Assembly (NCBI GenBank): GCA_037305845.1
Contig: CP147778.1
Coordinates: 1,056,001 to 1,120,000 of the forward strand
From: Candidatus Freyarchaeum deiterrae
Lineage (GTDB): Archaea > Asgardarchaeota > Jordiarchaeia > Jordiarchaeales > Jordiarchaeaceae
Direction of reading: 5' to 3'
Length of the DNA stretch: 64,000 nucleotides
Under the pieces are notes generated by a model that was not told the DNA's origin, searched no databases, and saw only the letters and a program-made list of their open reading frames with translations. Below are positions 59,784 to 64,000 of this stretch, piece after piece. Within the stretch, counting starts at the first letter, position 1; the number at the start of each line of letters is the position of its first letter. The translations under genes were made by a program, and so were the position numbers.

Positions 59784-60332
59784 ATGATATATGATGTATA
59801 CATTCTAGTGCGTGACGGGCGTTGTATTCTCCACCGGAAATATGGAAGTTTGGAAGCCGATGAAGACTTGGTTTCCGGATTTTTGAGCGCATTGTCCAGT
59901 TTTGGAAAAAACATTAGCGGGGAAGAGGTAGAAAGTATTAATTTTGGCGATAAAAAATTTGTTTCGATTCCCTCAGAGCACTTAATCTTTGTATCCTATT
60001 CTGATAAAGAAGATGAAGTAGGAAATGTTCTCTCACACGTCAGGGATGATTTCATTAGCTACTATGGACCCCTACGAGAATGGGACGGAGAAAGAGGCGT
60101 TTTTAAAAACTTTTTAGCTACTCTCGATGAGATAGTGGGTGCAAAGGGAAAAGAGGGTATCTTCCATTTAGGTTCAACAGAGGAAATTTTGAATAATTTA
60201 AAGCAGGGTAATCTATCGGCTAAAGAGGCCACAGATAGAATTCTGGATTATTACCTCAAAAAATCGCATGAGAATAAAGAGGAGCAAGAAAAGCCGGAAT
60301 CCAGAAAGTTAAAGAGCCAGATTGGGATGTAA
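59784..60332 (+). CDS. Longin-like domain protein, copy 2
   Basis: Closely similar paralog of 58879-59382, with long identical nucleotide blocks. Confidence 0.75.
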   Translation: MIYDVYILVRDGRCILHRKYGSLEADEDLVSGFLSALSSFGKNISGEEVESINFGDKKFVSIPSEHLIFVSYSDKEDEVGNVLSHVRDDFISYYGPLREWDGERGVFKNFLATLDEIVGAKGKEGIFHLGSTEEILNNLKQGNLSAKEATDRILDYYLKKSHENKEEQEKPESRKLKSQIGM

Positions 60333-60405
60333 TTGAAAAGTTCAGATTAAAATTGCGTTTGTTTTAATTTCTCAGTTCTCATTCCTTGTTTGGTTTTTCT
60401 GACGC

Positions 60406-60732
60406 CTATAGGTAAGATTCGGACTTTTCTGTGGCGCTCCACACCTCTGTGAGGTTTACTAGTTCTTTGTTTTTTAAGTCTTCTAAAATTTTGTGAAGTT
60501 CCTCTTTTGATAACGGTGGTTTTCCAACAGCCTTACGGGGGGCATTACATTCAGTGTAAAGGTTTTCGAATATTTTCCTTCCTTTTCCTATTATACTTAG
60601 GACAGTTAATTCTTCCTCTGAGAGTTTTTGTAGAGATTCTTTGGGTTTGGGAGTTAAGCCTTTTTTTCTCTCCAAGTATTCATCTTTCTTGACTTCTTTT
60701 TTGGGTTCTCCACTTTTCTCTTTTTTAAGCAA
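60406..60732 (-). CDS. Small winged-helix-like protein with Lys/Glu-rich N-terminus
   Basis: LSEEELTVLSII...LSKEELHKILEDLKNKELV; SD GGAGG. Confidence 0.65.
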   Translation of the reverse strand: MLKKEKSGEPKKEVKKDEYLERKKGLTPKPKESLQKLSEEELTVLSIIGKGRKIFENLYTECNAPRKAVGKPPLSKEELHKILEDLKNKELVNLTEVWSATEKSESYL

Positions 60733-61040
60733 GTTATTTTTCCTCCAGTCCTTATCATCGTTTATATGTTTAATATATTTTTAGCGTTTTAAAAGTTATA
60801 TTTTTAACTTTTGGTGTTTCTACCATTTTTGAATTGCTAATGTCTAATAGGTTATTATAATTGTCTAGGGTTATGAAAATTTGTGTTTTTAGGTATCATA
60901 ATTAGCTTTTAAAGGAAAAAATCGTTAAAATTCGAACTTGATGCACCCTTTAAACTGGTGTCGTTAAGAGCAGGCGGGTTGTTCCGATATGCATAAATAT
61001 TTTAGTGAGAAGAAGCCCATAGCGAAGTGGGGCATTTAAA

Positions 61041-61637
61041 GTGAACATTCTCAATATCCGAAGAAAAATTTTTCACATGCTGGCTTTCCTTTTTGCCTTA
61101 CTATATCTTGGAGGAGGCTGGTTACCAGCAGCCACACTATCCATTTCAACTCTGGTGCTTTTTGCAATTATTGAGATGTGGAGATTGAGAAACCCCGATT
61201 TTCCTCTAAAGATTATGGTTAGTAAAATAATTAAACCTGATGAGAAAAATAGAGTGGCAGCATACTTCTACTTTGTTTTAGCTTCAACGATTCTCATATT
61301 TCTTTTTCCAGCGTACGTAATGATAATTTCAGTGTTAGTGGGAGGCATTGCGGACGCTGCAGCAGCAATTGTGGGATACGAATATGGGAAGCACCATTAT
61401 GAAGTTAGAGGAAACGTAAAATCCTTTGAAGGACTTATTGCCGGTGGTTCGCTAGCCTTTCTAATCACTTTTGGAGCAATGTTCTTTTTTAAAGGATTTT
61501 TCCCAGTCACCGCTCTAATCGTTGCACTTGTTTTTGTAGCCCTAGATTACTTCACCCCACCAATAAATGATAACTTACTCAATCCAATAAGTATTGCTAT
61601 AACACTTACCCTCTGCTCACTAGTACTAACAATTTAG
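61041..61637 (+). CDS. CTP-dependent polyprenol/phytol/dolichol kinase family membrane protein
   Basis: RRKIFH, ADAAAAIVG..YG, KSFEG, NDNL. Confidence 0.82.
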   Translation: MNILNIRRKIFHMLAFLFALLYLGGGWLPAATLSISTLVLFAIIEMWRLRNPDFPLKIMVSKIIKPDEKNRVAAYFYFVLASTILIFLFPAYVMIISVLVGGIADAAAAIVGYEYGKHHYEVRGNVKSFEGLIAGGSLAFLITFGAMFFFKGFFPVTALIVALVFVALDYFTPPINDNLLNPISIAITLTLCSLVLTI

Positions 61638-61854
61638 TTTCTAGTCACCCTTTAAGCATCATCTCTACGAATTTTCACCGAGAAACAGAATTTACTCGTA
61701 TTGGTTTTTGGAACCTTTCAAAGCTAGTTCGACTTCGAATTATAATAATTAGATCCATGAGGACATTTGCAGTACCTATTATTTATGGCTTTAATTGGTA
61801 TTAGATTTATATGGAATGCCAACCATTAATTTATGAGTTTTGAGGTGTTCTGTT

Positions 61855-62424
61855 TTGAAGCTGATTGTGGCGGTTACAGGTGCAAGCGGTGTAGTTTATG
61901 CATATAATCTTTTGAAGGAACTGAAAAAATTAAACGTTGAAGTTTTACTTATTATTTCCGAGGCGGCAAAGAAGATTATTGATGTGGAATTAGATGTTAC
62001 ATGGAGGGAGTTTTCCAAACTTTCATCCAGAATATTTGACAATTCTGATCTTGCGGCGAGTTTAGCTAGTGGGTCTTTTCTAGTAGATGGTATGATTATA
62101 GTACCTTGTTCCATGGCGACTCTAGCAGCGGTGGCTCATGGGTGCTCTGATAATCTGATTAGAAGAGCGGCGGACTGTACCCTAAAAGAAAATAGGCTTC
62201 TCATATTGGTTCCTCGTGAGACACCTCTAGGCTTATCTGGTCTAGAAAACATGATGAAAGCTAAAATGGCGGGGGCGGTTATTCTTCCTGCCATGCCTGG
62301 ATTCTATCATAAACCGAAAAATTTGGAGGATCTTGTAAACTTCGTAGTGGGCAAAATTCTGGATATATTAAAACTAGAAAATAACCTCTATCAGAGGTGG
62401 GGAACTGATGAGTGCAAAGAATAA
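61855..62424 (+). CDS. ubiX: Flavin prenyltransferase UbiX
   Basis: VTGASG, ASGS, PCSM.TL, RAAD..LKE, PRETP, PGFYH; TTG start after GAGGTG. Confidence 0.93.
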   Translation: MKLIVAVTGASGVVYAYNLLKELKKLNVEVLLIISEAAKKIIDVELDVTWREFSKLSSRIFDNSDLAASLASGSFLVDGMIIVPCSMATLAAVAHGCSDNLIRRAADCTLKENRLLILVPRETPLGLSGLENMMKAKMAGAVILPAMPGFYHKPKNLEDLVNFVVGKILDILKLENNLYQRWGTDECKE

Positions 62425-62527
62425 AAAATTTTTCGTTAATATCCAAGGACTGCGGGGTGAGGCAGAGGAGTCTCAAACACCAGTAAATCAAACGTGGTTA
62501 TTCCTCAAAAATTAAAAAAGATTCGCG

Positions 62528-62803
62528 TTAATAGGTATACAGCTTCAAGAAAAATATATTCAAATCCGTTAAACAGCGATAGAGCTCAGCAAAATTATCT
62601 GTTTTTAGAGTGTAGTAAGCACACTTTTTCCCGGAACCTTCCGGAGGTTCTACTTCGATATAAACGGTATTGTATACTAAAAATGCACAATTGATTTGGG
62701 ATATCGGAATTTCGAAACGTTGGTTATCATTCGTAATTACTATTTTATCGGGATAGATTTCATAGTTTATTCCCTTGCAAAGAGATTCGGGCACCGTATC
62801 CAC
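62528..62803 (-). CDS. Small hypothetical protein, possibly a PH-like fold
   Basis: Beta-rich pattern (IYPDKIVI, FEIPISQI) followed by a C-terminal helix. Confidence 0.5.
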   Translation of the reverse strand: MDTVPESLCKGINYEIYPDKIVITNDNQRFEIPISQINCAFLVYNTVYIEVEPPEGSGKKCAYYTLKTDNFAELYRCLTDLNIFFLKLYTY

Positions 62804-63001
62804 CTCACTTCTGATTACCTTATGGTTTTATTTATAGGTGTTCCAGTCCTAGAGTTTAGAGAGAGAATTTTCCAAATCTTGGTTAAATTAGATGGAAGAT
62901 TAGTGAAAAATAGATTAAAGTTAAGTTGTTTTGTTGTAACTTTTAAGTAGTGGATTGCACTATAATTTTAGTAGAACTTTTGGCAAATTTGGGGTTTGAG
63001 A

Positions 63002-63730
63002 ATGTCTTCAGAAGAGGAAATAAAAAATATAAAAATTAAACTGAATTCTGCGGCTGATTCAATTCGAGATTTTATGCTTCAACTAGGTAAACTTAGACAG
63101 GACTTACTTAATCTATCTTCAAACTTGGAAAAATTAACAATAACTCACGAATCAGAAAAAGATATAACAAAAATAAGTGAACTGCCTCCACCACCAACTC
63201 CTAAATCACCATCTGTTTCAACGCCAAAACCTGCAGAAGTAACTAGCATACCTAAAACAGTTGATGCTGTTCCAAAAAAAGACCTAAAGGCTGAACAAAA
63301 AGTTCCTGAAAAAGTGATCGCTCCACCAACAGCAAAAGAGCCCACTTCAGCCCCTGTGCAAAAACCCTTGAAAGCACCAGTAACCGAAACTGCCGCCGCT
63401 CCCAAACCTATCGTAGAGCAGCTAAAAACTGAGCAACTGAAATCAGTTTCAGATTTGGGAACCTCCGCCATCCCACTAAACAAAGTGGTTAGCCTGTTAA
63501 ATGAACTGGAGCAACTCTGTGAAGGCAGTTTGCCAGCAGAGGAAGTTGCAAACAAAATTGAAAGCACTAAGAAATCTTTACAATCCTTAGTCCTTTATCA
63601 CCCAGTTTATTACGAGATGGATAAAACTATTAAAAATTTCAGAACTACTTCCCCCAAGCAACCATTGAACCCAACCGACAAGGCAATGTTATTATCAAAG
63701 ATTCCAGAGTGGAAAAAAAGAATGATGTAA
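63002..63730 (+). CDS. Hypothetical: coiled coil + Pro/Thr/Ala-rich linker + helical domain
   Basis: LPPPPTPKSP and a PAK/PT-rich linker between two helical regions. Confidence 0.7.
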   Translation: MSSEEEIKNIKIKLNSAADSIRDFMLQLGKLRQDLLNLSSNLEKLTITHESEKDITKISELPPPPTPKSPSVSTPKPAEVTSIPKTVDAVPKKDLKAEQKVPEKVIAPPTAKEPTSAPVQKPLKAPVTETAAAPKPIVEQLKTEQLKSVSDLGTSAIPLNKVVSLLNELEQLCEGSLPAEEVANKIESTKKSLQSLVLYHPVYYEMDKTIKNFRTTSPKQPLNPTDKAMLLSKIPEWKKRMM

Positions 63731-63762
63731 TTTTTATTACTTTTTCCTAATTATTTTCTAGT

Positions 63763-64000
63763 CTAGGTTTCTCCCACAATTCTTATCTGGTTGAAGCTAA
63801 TCCAAGGCGATACCATATAAGCTATCTGGCGTATATTATTTCCAATGCTTTTTATGTCTTTAATCATGTTATAGATGTTCCCAGCTAGCATCGCCCCTTT
63901 AACCGCGTTCTTGATTTCACCCTTTTCAATCTTCCAACATGGAGTTGCGACTACGCTTACTTCACCAGATTCTGGATTGCTGGAATGAGCGCCTTGCACA
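63763..64000 (-). CDS. TldD/PmbA family protein, C-terminal fragment (runs off the window)
   Basis: GAHSSNPESGEVS..IEKGEI..AVKGAMLAGNI. Confidence 0.85.
   Translation of the reverse strand, partial: VQGAHSSNPESGEVSVVATPCWKIEKGEIKNAVKGAMLAGNIYNMIKDIKSIGNNIRQIAYMVSPWISFNQIRIVGET

Noticed and set aside
58536-60732. Integrated element at tRNA-Gln
   Set aside because: No integrase and no duplicated tRNA 3' end in the window; a local tandem duplication explains the structure
1-64000. Many short antisense or overlapping ORFs in the track; selenocysteine or pyrrolysine readthrough
   Set aside because: They lie within well-supported genes on the other strand or frame, and no conserved gene appears interrupted by an in-frame TGA or TAG

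Overview
Archaeal chromosomal window: archaeal histone, BRE/TATA promoters, intron-containing tRNA-Gln with an A1-U72 pair, LysW pathway, geranylgeranyl reductases and H4MPT genes. Longin-like, CdvA-like and other unusual modular proteins suggest an Asgard-like lineage (inference only). Most of it is core metabolism: ABCE1; a lipoate-related locus (LplA, LipS1-type radical SAM, a second radical SAM and a Cys-rich protein); lysW-X-Y-Z-J-K; purC-S-Q-L-F-F-D-E; a GH2 hydrolase; a ChlI/ChlD-like AAA-vWA protein; an SPFH protein; an EndoIV-like nuclease; a methanopterin biosynthesis cluster with two tandem nucleotidyltransferases plus a nearby CitG; UbiX; and a partial TldD/PmbA. No transposase, integrase or CRISPR array was seen. 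Main signals missed by the ORF track: (1) a 58-aa stand-alone precursor made of a signal peptide plus a Trp/Pro-rich peptide (3849-4025); (2) two related promoter-bearing intergenic elements with repeated C/U-rich motifs and hairpins, candidate ncRNAs (about 8440-8700 + and 12830-13075 -); (3) a CxxC uORF whose stop overlaps the lysW Shine-Dalgarno; (4) a tandem longin-gene duplication with a pseudogenised neighbour next to the tRNA; (5) short genes for LysW and a ferredoxin. All family assignments come from motif recognition by eye, not from database searches.
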